Source: an uncultured Chitinophagales bacterium
Lineage (GTDB): Bacteria > Bacteroidota > Rhodothermia > Balneolales > HLUCCA01
Assembly: GCA_964550435.1 (NCBI GenBank)
Contig: CAZJZI010000008.1
Coordinates: 94-64,093 of the forward strand
Length of the DNA: 64,000 bases
Reading direction: 5' to 3'
Below, one piece after another: positions 18,576 to 28,731 of this stretch. The notes under the pieces are model-generated. The model was not told where the DNA came from, made no database searches, and saw only the letters and a program-made list of their open reading frames with translations. How positions within the stretch are numbered: the first letter of the stretch is position 1; each line of letters starts with the position of its first letter. A program made the translations under genes and the position numbers.

Positions 18576-20615
18576 ATGGATAGAGATCAGGCTATAAAAC
18601 GTGTAGAGTCACTTAGGGAGCTACTCGACGAGGCGAATCGGGCTTATTATGACAAAGCCGATCCAATCATGTCTGATCGAGAGTTCGATCGGCTTTTGGA
18701 TGAACTGGATCAACTCGAACAAAAATTCAATCTTGTCACCGCAGACTCTCCTACTCAACGCATAGGTGGCAATTATGGAACCCCTATTGCTGACACTCAA
18801 GTTGAGAACTCAGACTTAAAACAGACGGTGCACCCCACACCGATGATGAGTCTTGCTAATACATACAATGAGCAAGAACTTCGTGATTTTGACCGGCGCG
18901 TCCGGGATATTTTGGGACATTCTGATTACACATGGTTCGTGGAGCTAAAGTTCGACGGCATGGCACTCCGACTTCGCTATGAAAATGCGAAACTTGTATT
19001 AGCTGCAACCAGAGGTGATGGAAAAAAAGGTGACATTATTACAGCTAATGCGCGCACAGTTAATGACATCCCTGAACGACTTGACGATTCATCCAGATCC
19101 ATTTTTGAAATCCGTGGCGAGGCTTTTATGGAAAAAGATGCTTTCGCCAAATATAATGAATCACGAGTCTCAGTTGGACTACAGGCTTTTGCAAATCCAC
19201 GCAATGCTACAGCGGGGTCATTGAAAATGCTGGATTCGTCGGAGGTTGCCAAGCGACCCATTCGATTTTATGCCTATGATATATCATTGGATGAGGCAAC
19301 GGATGAACTTCAATCTGAGTTCATTACTCATGCATCCAGGATGCTTCTGTTGGAAAAACTTGGCCACCGCGTTTGTAAAACTCGTTGGCATGTAAACACC
19401 ATTGACGAAGTATTGGATCTCATCGTCGAGTTGAACGAAACCAGAAAATCACTCCCGTTTGAGACAGACGGTGTCGTTATCAAAATCAATGAAGATGTAT
19501 TCAGGTCAGAGTTGGGTTCAACAGCCAAGGCCCCTCGATGGGCTATAGCCTATAAATTTGAGGCAGAACAGGCTGAATCTACCATCAATGGAATCACACT
19601 CCAAGTGGGCAGACTCGGCACAATCACTCCAGTGGCGGAACTTGAACCTGTTTTACTTGCTGGTACTACAGTCAAACGGGCATCGCTGCATAACGAAGAT
19701 GAAATCCGCCGGAAGGATATCCGTGTTGGCGACAAGGTCATTATCGAGAAAGCCGGTGAAATTATTCCACAGGTGATTAAAGTAATCGATCTGAATGCTC
19801 CAGATCGTGGTCCTGAATTTAAAATACCATCTCATTGCCCGGCTTGTGACTCTTTACTTGAACGCGTTGAGGATGAAGCCGCCTGGAGATGTAATAATCC
19901 GAGTTGCCCGCCTCAAGTTCGCATCAGAATAGAGCATTTTGCGTCCAGAGACGCCATGGACATCGACGGATTGGGCAACGCATTGGTCGACCAGTTGGTT
20001 TCTGCAGGATTGATCCATTCTTACGCTGATTTGTATTCTCTGAGCACCGAAGATATTTTACCCCTTGAGAGAATGGCCGAAAAGAGTGCAAATAATCTCA
20101 TTCAGGCTATTGAAAACTCCAAGCAACAGCCTTTTGAAAGGCTACTTTACGCGTTGGGAATCCGTCACATTGGTGTGACTGTTGCCCGTGAATTGGCCCA
20201 GGCATTTGGATCTATGGAAGCATTGATGGCTGCAGATGAACAAGAAATTGCTTCCATACACGGAATCGGGACCAAAATTGCAGAATCTGTGACTTCATTT
20301 TTCAGTCAACCAAAATCTGTGGAGTTAGTTTCTAAACTCATATCTTTCGGGCTGAAAACTGAGTTTAAAAAAACCGAATCAAGTGGATCATCACTTGATG
20401 GAATGACATTTGTACTTACCGGGACACTACCATCACTTTCACGAGCGGATGCTTCTGAATTAATTGAAAAAAACGGGGGTAAAACCACCGGTTCTGTCAG
20501 TAAAAATACAACGTTCGTACTTGCTGGCGAGGCTGCAGGAAGTAAACTCGATAAAGCCAAAAAGCTCGGGATCAAGGTCATCACCGAGGAAGAATTTTTA
20601 TCCATGATTTCTTAA
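18576..20615 (+). CDS. ligA: NAD-dependent DNA ligase
   Basis: 679 aa with the adenylation-site motif VELKFDGMA, a Zn finger (CPACDSLLERVEDEAAWRCNNPSCP), HhH repeats and a C-terminal BRCT (FVLTGTLPSLSR). Confidence 0.95.
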   Translation: MDRDQAIKRVESLRELLDEANRAYYDKADPIMSDREFDRLLDELDQLEQKFNLVTADSPTQRIGGNYGTPIADTQVENSDLKQTVHPTPMMSLANTYNEQELRDFDRRVRDILGHSDYTWFVELKFDGMALRLRYENAKLVLAATRGDGKKGDIITANARTVNDIPERLDDSSRSIFEIRGEAFMEKDAFAKYNESRVSVGLQAFANPRNATAGSLKMLDSSEVAKRPIRFYAYDISLDEATDELQSEFITHASRMLLLEKLGHRVCKTRWHVNTIDEVLDLIVELNETRKSLPFETDGVVIKINEDVFRSELGSTAKAPRWAIAYKFEAEQAESTINGITLQVGRLGTITPVAELEPVLLAGTTVKRASLHNEDEIRRKDIRVGDKVIIEKAGEIIPQVIKVIDLNAPDRGPEFKIPSHCPACDSLLERVEDEAAWRCNNPSCPPQVRIRIEHFASRDAMDIDGLGNALVDQLVSAGLIHSYADLYSLSTEDILPLERMAEKSANNLIQAIENSKQQPFERLLYALGIRHIGVTVARELAQAFGSMEALMAADEQEIASIHGIGTKIAESVTSFFSQPKSVELVSKLISFGLKTEFKKTESSGSSLDGMTFVLTGTLPSLSRADASELIEKNGGKTTGSVSKNTTFVLAGEAAGSKLDKAKKLGIKVITEEEFLSMIS

Positions 20616-20626
20616 CACACTTTACT

Positions 20627-20974
20627 ATGAAATTCTCTTTAACACACTCAGATGACACTACGATTTTAAAAATCGGCGTCGAAAAACTAGACTCCAAAGT
20701 CGCACCTGACCTTAAAAGTCAATTTATCCTACTTGCAAATGACGAGAACTCCGGACACCTGCTTGTTGATTTGTCGACTATTTCATTCGCAGATTCCAGC
20801 GGACTCAGTGCTCTGTTACTAGCTCACAGATTATATCGTGAATCCGATCGAGAGCTGGTCTTCTTCAGTGTTCAGGAACGAATCATGAAATTGATTGAGA
20901 TTTCACAACTTACCAGCGTTTTGAACATAACAGCAGACGAGACAGCAGCGGTCGAGTTCCTCAACGCAGATTAA
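20627..20974 (+). CDS. STAS-domain protein (SpoIIAA-like anti-sigma-factor antagonist)
   Basis: 115 aa. The sequence VDLSTISFADSSGLSALLLA carries the conserved phosphorylatable DSSG serine. Confidence 0.85.
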   Translation: MKFSLTHSDDTTILKIGVEKLDSKVAPDLKSQFILLANDENSGHLLVDLSTISFADSSGLSALLLAHRLYRESDRELVFFSVQERIMKLIEISQLTSVLNITADETAAVEFLNAD

Positions 20975-22413
20975 TGCCTATCCCTTTCATAGATATATTT
21001 GTCATTATTGGCTATCTGGTTCTTTGTGTAACGATCGGTCTCAAGATGGGTGGCAAACCCACCGATGCCAAAACATACTTCACATCCAGGGGAACAGTCC
21101 CCTGGTGGGCCGTTTCGTTTTCGGTTGTTGCTACCGAAACAAGTATGCTTACCGTGATTTCCATACCTGCTGTTGCTTATCTCGGAAGTCTGGTTTTTTT
21201 GCAACTCGTTGTTGGATATATAATTGGAAGATTTCTCATCGCCTGGATTATTCTTCCAACTTATTTTAAAACGGAACACTTCACAGCATACAGTTTTTTC
21301 GAAGAACGTTTCGGAAGCAGATTCAAACAAAGTATTTCGGCTACTTTTTTGGTCACCAGAATACTCGCCGACGGAGTGCGACTTTTTGCAGCAGCAATAC
21401 CGTTAAAAGTAATCACTGGCCTTGATTATCCCACCTCTATTGCGATCATTGCTGTTCTTACCCTGGCTTACACCTATTATGGTGGATTGAAATCTGTAAT
21501 ATGGATTGATGTTCTACAATTAGCAGTTTACCTGACTGGGGGTGGTCTGATCATCTATTTTGCCGGATCAATGGCTGAAAGCATCTCCATTTCCAATCTG
21601 TCAGCAATCGGAAAACTAACCGTCGTTCAATGGCCTACTTCCATCACTGACGTTTTCTTCAGTACCTATAATCTGGTAGGTGCTGTTATAGGTGGGATAT
21701 TCTTCACAGCAGCTTCACATGGAACAGACCATCTTATTGTTCAACGATTACTGGCATGCGGACAGCTCAATCTGGCAAGAAGGGCGCTTATAACCAGTGG
21801 ATTTGTAGTACTGTTTCAGTTTTTGCTCTTTCTGAGTGCAGGTCTGGCGTTATTCTCCTACTATGATGGAGCCTCTGTTGATACCCTCGGTCTTGCTAAT
21901 CCGGACGAAATCTCGCTGAAATTCATCAAGGAAGTCATGCCTGCAGGATTTTCAGGACTTATTATCGCCGGATTGTTTGCAGCAGCTATGAGCACCTTAA
22001 GCAGTTCTCTGGCTGCTTTGAGTTCCACAACACTCTATGACTTGATTCCAGCTCTGGCCATAAGGGAAGATTCAATGCATGTATCGAGATATCTAATGAT
22101 CATCTACAGCTTAATTTTTGTTTCGTTCGGTATCTTTTTTTCTGATACAGAAAATCCGGTTATCGAGTTAGGACTCGGTATTGCAGGATTTACTTACGGG
22201 GGATTACTTGGGGCCTTCATTGTTGGAAGGTTTACAAACGTTTCAAGGAATGCTGCCTTTGCGGGATTAATTGGCTGCATTTCCCTAATGGCAGTTATCA
22301 TATTGCTTACAACAATTGCCTGGCCATGGTATACGTTGATTGGAATAGTCATCTTTTATTGCGTGTCCACTTTGACTAACTTGGTAGAGAATACACTAAA
22401 GGCACGAAACTGA
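20974..22413 (+). CDS. Sodium:solute symporter (SSS) family transporter
   Basis: 479 aa with about 13 TM helices. The N-terminus (YFTSRGTVPWWAVSFSVVATETSMLTVISIPAVAY) is typical of the SSS family. Its start overlaps the STAS stop (TAATG). Confidence 0.85.
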   Translation: MPIPFIDIFVIIGYLVLCVTIGLKMGGKPTDAKTYFTSRGTVPWWAVSFSVVATETSMLTVISIPAVAYLGSLVFLQLVVGYIIGRFLIAWIILPTYFKTEHFTAYSFFEERFGSRFKQSISATFLVTRILADGVRLFAAAIPLKVITGLDYPTSIAIIAVLTLAYTYYGGLKSVIWIDVLQLAVYLTGGGLIIYFAGSMAESISISNLSAIGKLTVVQWPTSITDVFFSTYNLVGAVIGGIFFTAASHGTDHLIVQRLLACGQLNLARRALITSGFVVLFQFLLFLSAGLALFSYYDGASVDTLGLANPDEISLKFIKEVMPAGFSGLIIAGLFAAAMSTLSSSLAALSSTTLYDLIPALAIREDSMHVSRYLMIIYSLIFVSFGIFFSDTENPVIELGLGIAGFTYGGLLGAFIVGRFTNVSRNAAFAGLIGCISLMAVIILLTTIAWPWYTLIGIVIFYCVSTLTNLVENTLKARN

Positions 22414-22422
22414 GGGTAATGT

Positions 22423-24801
22423 ATGATCGATCTCGAGAAAATCGGGTTAGGCAGAAAGAAAAAAGGATATTTCCCAGACAGAAAGGTGCGTGCACAACGT
22501 GTTGATGGACTCAAGAATAATCCTTACATCAAAGCGTTGATTATTCTCTCTTTTCTTGGAATTTTTATCATATTTATGCCCGGGATATCGTTTAGGGACA
22601 TGTCCTATAAACTTGGTGATCCTTGGAGAGACGAGGATCTGAACGCTCCGTTTACCTTTAGTCTACTAAAGGATCGCTCTGAAATCCAGGCAGCGGAGGA
22701 GTCAATCAGACAAAATACGCCACCGATTTTCTATCACGATGCAGAGGCAATTAAAAGGGTGGAAATTCGGACCGATTCGATTTTCAGAGGTCTAACGCCA
22801 GTCTTGGAGTCGTATTTAACTTATGTTCGCTCCTACTCCAGAAATCCATCTGAAGCATACACCGATAGTATTCAACATGTCAGAGCTAAAGACAATTATC
22901 TATTGAATCTGTCGGATGATACCTGGGAAACACTTTTAGATAACTATGCACGATTGAACATATCCTCTTACAGACAAGACATCCAGCGTCCGACCCGGTT
23001 TATAGGGATTGATTTTCGGGTTAGTCTTGATCGAATTATCCAGGATCTATTTGCAAACGGGGTTGTAGATATTCCGAAATCAGAAATTTCAGCATCCGAG
23101 ATCTTTGTCAGAGACTCATCAGAACGCACACAAAGAATTCTTGGAGTTAGCACTATCAGAGATCTAAATGAAGCACGGGAAGCAGCGCTTTACATGATGA
23201 ATCGATCATTTAATGCAGAGGATGCCGAAGCAGCATTTGAAATCATAGACAATATCCTGGTTCCGAATTATTTATTGAACACCGAAGAAACCCAGATGGC
23301 GATTCAGGAGTCCATTCAGGATATTTCTCCAACCAAGGGAGCTGTTACTGCCGGTCAGGTGATCATCAGAAAGGGTGACCTGATTACCGAGGACAGACTA
23401 AACATGCTGTTGAGTCTGGAGGCAGCCCGAACCGCTCGAGCCAGTGACATCGAAGTATGGCAACATCATCTTGGCAATGCGATCATTTTCAGTTGCATAT
23501 TTTTGTTCTTTCTTATGTACCTGTTCTTATATCGTAATCCAATCTTCGACAACAACGCTATGCTCTTGCTCGTACTTTTGGCAATCAGCCTGGTACTCAC
23601 TTTTGCAATTTTCATTATTAGGTCGGAGAATTTATCTATATACATAGTGCCCATGGCTATAGCACCAATTATATTAACGATTATATTTGACTCACGTGTT
23701 GGACTGATGACAACCATGACACTGGCACTTGCAGTGTCATTTATGAGTGGAAACAACTTCGAATTTGCAGTTGCCGCCATGACCGGAAGTAGTATTGCTG
23801 TTTACTCCGTTCGTGATATTAAGAATAGAAGTCAATTCTTTCTAACCACACCGGCATTGGTTTTCTTGTCATATGCAATGATACTGCTTGGATTCACACT
23901 CATTAAACCAACCGGATGGGATAACTATTACTCTCAGGTAGTTTTTGTTGTTGGTAATGCGATATTAATCTGGTTAAGCTATCCATTAATCCTACTGTTT
24001 GAAAAACTTTTCAAAGTTACAACTGAAGTATCTCTTCTTGAGCTTAACAATAACAATCATCCACTACTAAAAGAGCTTATGGTCAGGGCTCCGGGTACTT
24101 TTCAACATAGTTTGCAAGTAGCTAACCTGGCAGAAGCGGCATCCAGTGCCATTGGTGCAAATGCACTTCTTGCACGAGTTGGAGCGTTATATCATGATAT
24201 TGGTAAAACTGACAAACCTGAGTACTTCGTAGAAAATCAGTTTGGAGAGAATGAACATGATAAACTTAAGCCACGAATGAGTGCTTTGGTGATAAAAAAT
24301 CACGTAAGTGCGGGTGTTAAGATGGCAGAAGAAGCCGGGTTACCTGCCGTAATTATCGATTTTATACGAACACATCACGGTACATCAATTATCAAGTACT
24401 TTTTTGACAAGGCCAAAAAAGCAGCTGAAAAAGGTTCCGAAGTTAGAGAAGAAGATTTTAAATATGACGGTCCACTACCGAATACAAAAGAAACCGGGAT
24501 TTTATTGCTCGCCGATTCAATCGAAGCTGCCTCCAGAGCAATGAGTGAGCCCTCCTATCAAAAACTTGAAAATCTGGTTGGTAGGCTTATCGATGAAAAA
24601 GTTGATGAGGGCCAATTAAATAATTGCTCCCTTACTTTCCAGGATCTCAGAATTATCAAAGAGAACTTCCTGAACATATTGGTTGGAGTGTATCACAGCA
24701 GAATCAAGTATCCTGGGCAAGATGAGATGGAAAAGTCTGGTACTTCCCAAGGTAAACCGAATTCCAACAACCCGGTCAACATGCCTGCTGAATCTGATTA
24801 A
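22423..24801 (+). CDS. 7TM receptor with intracellular HD/HDIG phosphohydrolase domain (PgpH-like)
   Basis: 792 aa with a large extracytoplasmic N-domain, a 7-TM block, then an HD domain (FQHSLQVANLAE .. ALYHDIGK .. IRTHHG). Confidence 0.88.
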   Translation: MIDLEKIGLGRKKKGYFPDRKVRAQRVDGLKNNPYIKALIILSFLGIFIIFMPGISFRDMSYKLGDPWRDEDLNAPFTFSLLKDRSEIQAAEESIRQNTPPIFYHDAEAIKRVEIRTDSIFRGLTPVLESYLTYVRSYSRNPSEAYTDSIQHVRAKDNYLLNLSDDTWETLLDNYARLNISSYRQDIQRPTRFIGIDFRVSLDRIIQDLFANGVVDIPKSEISASEIFVRDSSERTQRILGVSTIRDLNEAREAALYMMNRSFNAEDAEAAFEIIDNILVPNYLLNTEETQMAIQESIQDISPTKGAVTAGQVIIRKGDLITEDRLNMLLSLEAARTARASDIEVWQHHLGNAIIFSCIFLFFLMYLFLYRNPIFDNNAMLLLVLLAISLVLTFAIFIIRSENLSIYIVPMAIAPIILTIIFDSRVGLMTTMTLALAVSFMSGNNFEFAVAAMTGSSIAVYSVRDIKNRSQFFLTTPALVFLSYAMILLGFTLIKPTGWDNYYSQVVFVVGNAILIWLSYPLILLFEKLFKVTTEVSLLELNNNNHPLLKELMVRAPGTFQHSLQVANLAEAASSAIGANALLARVGALYHDIGKTDKPEYFVENQFGENEHDKLKPRMSALVIKNHVSAGVKMAEEAGLPAVIIDFIRTHHGTSIIKYFFDKAKKAAEKGSEVREEDFKYDGPLPNTKETGILLLADSIEAASRAMSEPSYQKLENLVGRLIDEKVDEGQLNNCSLTFQDLRIIKENFLNILVGVYHSRIKYPGQDEMEKSGTSQGKPNSNNPVNMPAESD

Positions 24802-24803
24802 CA

Positions 24804-25727
24804 ATGCCCGGTGATCCTAAAAATGCTTTTTCTGCCATACTTGAGGACTACATACAGTTTGTCCAACTTGAAAAAGGACTTGGCGAGCTATCCGTCGACG
24901 CCTATTCCAGAGACCTGGTCAGATACCTGGATTTTCTTGATTCGGTAAGAGGACTCAAAGATCCTGAATCGATTGATGTACATCATATCGAGGCATTTCT
25001 AGAGGAATTGGTCGCTATGGAACTTGCTCCGACTACCCTTGCCCGTAATATTTCATCAATCAGAAATTTCCACAAGTTTATGGTAAATGAGGATTATTCA
25101 AAAAGTAATCCCGCTGCTATTATTGACCTTCCAAAAAAGTCCAGAAAGCTACCCGATGTACTTAATCCTATTGAAGTAGAGCAGTTGCTTAATGCATTTA
25201 GTGATCTGGAAAATCCAGCCCATGGCAGGAACCGCGCAATATTAGAAGTTATGTATGGTGCAGGACTACGAGTCTCTGAGCTGACTGAACTCGCACTGGA
25301 ACAGTTATTCTTTGAAATTGGATTCATTCGTGTTATCGGTAAAGGCAACAAAGAGCGATTGATTCCTATAGGTGAACCAGCCATAGAGGCAACTAACTAT
25401 TACCTGAAACAAATAAGACCTGAATTCATTAAAAACCGAGACACTACGGACGGAAAAGTTTTTTTGAATCAACGTGGAACGCCAATAACCAGAATGTCTA
25501 TCTGGAATATCATCCAGGAAGCGGCAAAAATTTCGGATATCACAAAGAAAGTATATCCCCATATACTCAGACACTCGTTTGCGACTCATTTAATTGAAGG
25601 TGGTGCTGACTTACGGGCTGTTCAGGAAATGTTGGGTCATGTTTCTATCATGACTACTGAAATCTATACGCATGTAGACAGATCACTACTACACCAGGTA
25701 CACAAACAGTTTCACCCACGTGCCTGA
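24804..25727 (+). CDS. xerD: Tyrosine recombinase XerD/XerC
   Basis: 307 aa with LEVMYGAGLRVSEL and HILRHSFATHLIEGGADLRAVQEMLGHVSIMTTEIYTHV, which supply the R..HxxR..Y catalytic residues. Confidence 0.88.
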   Translation: MPGDPKNAFSAILEDYIQFVQLEKGLGELSVDAYSRDLVRYLDFLDSVRGLKDPESIDVHHIEAFLEELVAMELAPTTLARNISSIRNFHKFMVNEDYSKSNPAAIIDLPKKSRKLPDVLNPIEVEQLLNAFSDLENPAHGRNRAILEVMYGAGLRVSELTELALEQLFFEIGFIRVIGKGNKERLIPIGEPAIEATNYYLKQIRPEFIKNRDTTDGKVFLNQRGTPITRMSIWNIIQEAAKISDITKKVYPHILRHSFATHLIEGGADLRAVQEMLGHVSIMTTEIYTHVDRSLLHQVHKQFHPRA

Positions 25728-25789
25728 TGAACTCGGTTTATTATTGGTAGGGTTCTTATATTCGGAGCAACAAACGAAAACGTTTTATT

Positions 25790-26842
25790 ATGCAGCAAGA
25801 ACAAGAAGTATTACAGTCGATTGAATGGAAAGAAACCCATGTCAGATTATTGGATCAGACATTTCTTCCTTCCAGAACCGTATTTATTGATATCAGGGAT
25901 GTGGGCAGAATGTGGGAAGCCATTAAGAGTCTTCGTGTAAGAGGTGCACCAGCAATTGGTATAGCTGCAGCATATGGAGTTTATCTTGGAATCAAAGATC
26001 TTCCCGAAAGATCCTTTGCCAGTTTCGAAATTGAATTGAACGGAATCTGTGATTATCTGGCAAGTTCACGACCCACTGCTGTCAATTTGTTTTGGGCTAT
26101 TGAACGTATCAAAAAAACAGTTCATGCCCACAGAAATGACTCCCTTTCATCAATAAAAGAACGAATCCTTCGGGTTGCGCTGACCATTCACGAAGAAGAC
26201 AAGAGGGTTTGTAAACAAATCGGGTTGAATGGAGTTGAACTTGTTCCAAAAGGTGCGAACATCTTGACACACTGCAATACTGGTGGTCTGGCAACCGGAC
26301 AATACGGAACGGCACTTTCTATAATTTATCATGCTTTTGATATTGACAAAAGCATTCACGTTTGGGTAGACGAGACACGCCCATTGCTTCAGGGAGCACG
26401 CCTTACTGCGTGGGAACTGATGCGTTATGAAATTCCAATGCATTTGGTAACCGATTCAATGGCGGGACACTTGATGTCAACCGGAAAAGTTGATCTTGTG
26501 ATTGTTGGAACCGACCGAGTCGCTGCAAATGGCGATATGGCTAACAAAATTGGAACCTATTCTCTTGCTGTTTTGGCGAAGCACCATGGGATTCCTTTTT
26601 ATGTGGCTACACCGGCATCAACCATTGATTTATCGTTAGCAACCGGCGCGCAGATTCCTATTGAAGAACGGGATGCTAAAGAAGTTTCCAGCATATCGGG
26701 ACATGATATTGCACCAGCTAAAGTACCGGTATACAATCCGGCATTTGATGTCACTCCTGCCGAGCTCATTACGGCTTTTGTAACAGAAAAAGGCATTCTG
26801 AAACCCCCATTTTCCCAGACCCTTAAGGTATTTTCTTCATAG
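25790..26842 (+). CDS. mtnA: S-methyl-5-thioribose-1-phosphate isomerase
   Basis: 350 aa with LRVRGAPAIGIAAAYG, HCNTGGLAT and VGTDRVAANGDMANKIGTYSLAVLAKHHGIPFYVA. Confidence 0.9.
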   Translation: MQQEQEVLQSIEWKETHVRLLDQTFLPSRTVFIDIRDVGRMWEAIKSLRVRGAPAIGIAAAYGVYLGIKDLPERSFASFEIELNGICDYLASSRPTAVNLFWAIERIKKTVHAHRNDSLSSIKERILRVALTIHEEDKRVCKQIGLNGVELVPKGANILTHCNTGGLATGQYGTALSIIYHAFDIDKSIHVWVDETRPLLQGARLTAWELMRYEIPMHLVTDSMAGHLMSTGKVDLVIVGTDRVAANGDMANKIGTYSLAVLAKHHGIPFYVATPASTIDLSLATGAQIPIEERDAKEVSSISGHDIAPAKVPVYNPAFDVTPAELITAFVTEKGILKPPFSQTLKVFSS

Positions 26843-26858
26843 AATTCACTTGATGAAT

Positions 26859-26885
26859 ATGTCTGGGATTTAATCCCCCAGACAT
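26859..26885. terminator. Hairpin between convergent mtnA and pfkA
   Basis: Perfect 9-bp stem ATGTCTGGG/CCCAGACAT with a 9-nt loop. It overlaps the last codons of pfkA. There is no clear U-tract. Confidence 0.35.
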
Positions 26886-27955
26886 ATCCCCAACTCTCTG
26901 GCCGTAGAGATACCTTGTCCATCCACTGGAACACATTTCATCTTTCCGGCAATTTCTGATATAGGAACCCGCTTAACATTGAGCCCCTTTACGATAACCA
27001 GCTTATTAAAATCACCTTCTTCAACCATTTTTACTGCTTCAGCACCGCATTTCAGTGAAATCAACCGATCAAACGTACTTGGTGATCCGCCGCGTTGAAG
27101 ATGTCCTAATACCACATGTCTGGTTTCTTTACCCGTTAACTCTCCCAATCTTTTTGAAAGATACTCAGCAGCACCCCCGAGTTGTTCGGCTTGTCCCACG
27201 ACTTTGCCTTTAACAAAATGAGAACTACCTTTTTCTTTAGCTCCTTCAGCCACTACGATAATAGTATAATGACGACCGGACTTTTCCCGATCCTGGATTT
27301 TTTTCACAATGGAATCCAGGGTATAAGGAATCTCTGGAATGAGTATCACATCAGCCGTTGAAGAGAGCCCGGAATGAAGTGCGATCCATCCGGCATACCT
27401 ACCCATAACTTCTACGATCATCACTCTGTCGTGCGACTCTGCTGTTGTTGTAATACGGTCGATGGACTCAGTAGCGATCGAAACAGCAGTATCGAATCCG
27501 AGTGTAAAATCCGTTTCAGGTAGATCATTATCGATTGTCTTTGGAACTCCAACTACAGGAATACCCTTCTCAATTAATCTTGAAGCAATTTTCATGGACC
27601 CGTCACCCCCAATTGCTACCAATGCATCAATGTTTTCTTCCTTGAAACGTCTAACCAGAAGGTCAGACTGGTCTTCTGTAGTCCATGTACCATCGCTTTC
27701 TTGGACGGGCATTTCAAATGGATTCCCTCTATTTGCCGTACCCAGAATAGTTCCACCCATCATGGTAATCCCACGAACTGCTTTCCTGTCTAACGTAATC
27801 AAAGGTACCGAGGGATCGAGTAGACCGCGATAACCGTTGCGAATTCCGACCACTTCCCAGCCTCGAGCGAGTCCAGCCAACGTTACAGCCCTGATTACTG
27901 CATTAAGTCCGGGAGCGTCACCTCCACCGGTGTTAACAGCGATCTTTCGAATCAC
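26870..27955 (-). CDS. pfkA: ATP-dependent 6-phosphofructokinase
   Basis: 361 aa with IAVNTGGGDAPGLNAVIR, IGGDGS (the Gly-Asp-Gly-Ser version typical of ATP-dependent enzymes) and PKTIDNDL. Confidence 0.9.
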   Translation of the reverse strand: MIRKIAVNTGGGDAPGLNAVIRAVTLAGLARGWEVVGIRNGYRGLLDPSVPLITLDRKAVRGITMMGGTILGTANRGNPFEMPVQESDGTWTTEDQSDLLVRRFKEENIDALVAIGGDGSMKIASRLIEKGIPVVGVPKTIDNDLPETDFTLGFDTAVSIATESIDRITTTAESHDRVMIVEVMGRYAGWIALHSGLSSTADVILIPEIPYTLDSIVKKIQDREKSGRHYTIIVVAEGAKEKGSSHFVKGKVVGQAEQLGGAAEYLSKRLGELTGKETRHVVLGHLQRGGSPSTFDRLISLKCGAEAVKMVEEGDFNKLVIVKGLNVKRVPISEIAGKMKCVPVDGQGISTARELGICLGD

Positions 27956-28641
27956 AAGGCCTCCTCAACGTCCAATTCATAGTTCATAACTGAAAATACC
28001 TCTTCAACTTTTTCAAAATTGAGTCCTTGTCTGTGTACTCTGGCGGGTTCATCTGTCAAATTAATCACTGAAGTCTGGTCTAGTTGTAACTCTTCACTAT
28101 GCCCTGAAATATGGTCATCAATAATGATATCAACTTTACCATGATAATATTCAAAAAGTTCATCCCTGAAACCTATAGTACTAAGAACAGGATGTTTGTC
28201 GGAAATCGCAGAAACCGCAAGCAGAGGTTCGCCCAATTCTTTGATGATCTGCTCAACAATACTATAACCCGAAACACGAAATCCGATTGTTTTCCTTCTT
28301 GGATGCAACAACAACTTTGGGACAAACTTGGTAGCTGGCATGATGAAAGTAAACGGCCCGGGTATTAGCCTTTTTATCAATTTAAAGTTCAAATCGGAGA
28401 CCTGTGCAAAATTGGAAATTCCGTTCATTGAGTCGATTAAAAGAGTAAAAGTATGGTCTTTGTCCAAGTCTCTAATCTGTCGAATACGATCTAAACCTTT
28501 CTTATTTGAATACATACAGGCTAAAGCGAACTGGGATTCGGTTGGCAATAACACCACCGATCCGGCTCTAAGTGCATCGACTACCTCAAAAATTCGTTTC
28601 TTTGGTGGTGTGACTGGATGAATGTTTAATTTTGTGCTCAT
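27952..28641 (-). CDS. Sua5/YciO/YrdC/YwlC-family protein (L-threonylcarbamoyladenylate synthase-like, single domain)
   Basis: 229 aa with LLPTESQFALACMYSNKKGLDRIRQIRDLDKDHTFTLLI and PGPFTFIMPA. There is no Sua5 C-terminal domain. Confidence 0.82.
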   Translation of the reverse strand: MSTKLNIHPVTPPKKRIFEVVDALRAGSVVLLPTESQFALACMYSNKKGLDRIRQIRDLDKDHTFTLLIDSMNGISNFAQVSDLNFKLIKRLIPGPFTFIMPATKFVPKLLLHPRRKTIGFRVSGYSIVEQIIKELGEPLLAVSAISDKHPVLSTIGFRDELFEYYHGKVDIIIDDHISGHSEELQLDQTSVINLTDEPARVHRQGLNFEKVEEVFSVMNYELDVEEAL

Positions 28642-28731
28642 AATGCAACGAAAAAGATTAGATTTGGGGTTTAGTGAAAAAGTTTGTGAGTATATTTAAC
28701 CCAAATGAACAATTAATATTTTGTACACACT

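Noticed and set aside
24804-25727. Tyrosine recombinase as a possible integrase marking a mobile element
   Set aside because: The sequence is XerD/XerC-like with housekeeping neighbours: a 7TM-HD hydrolase 2 nt upstream and mtnA downstream. I saw no flanking tRNA, direct repeats, or phage or transposon genes.
26870-27955. PPi-dependent phosphofructokinase
   Set aside because: The active-site loop reads GGDGS, the ATP-dependent form, rather than the GGDD-type seen in PPi enzymes. The size (361 aa) also fits PfkA.
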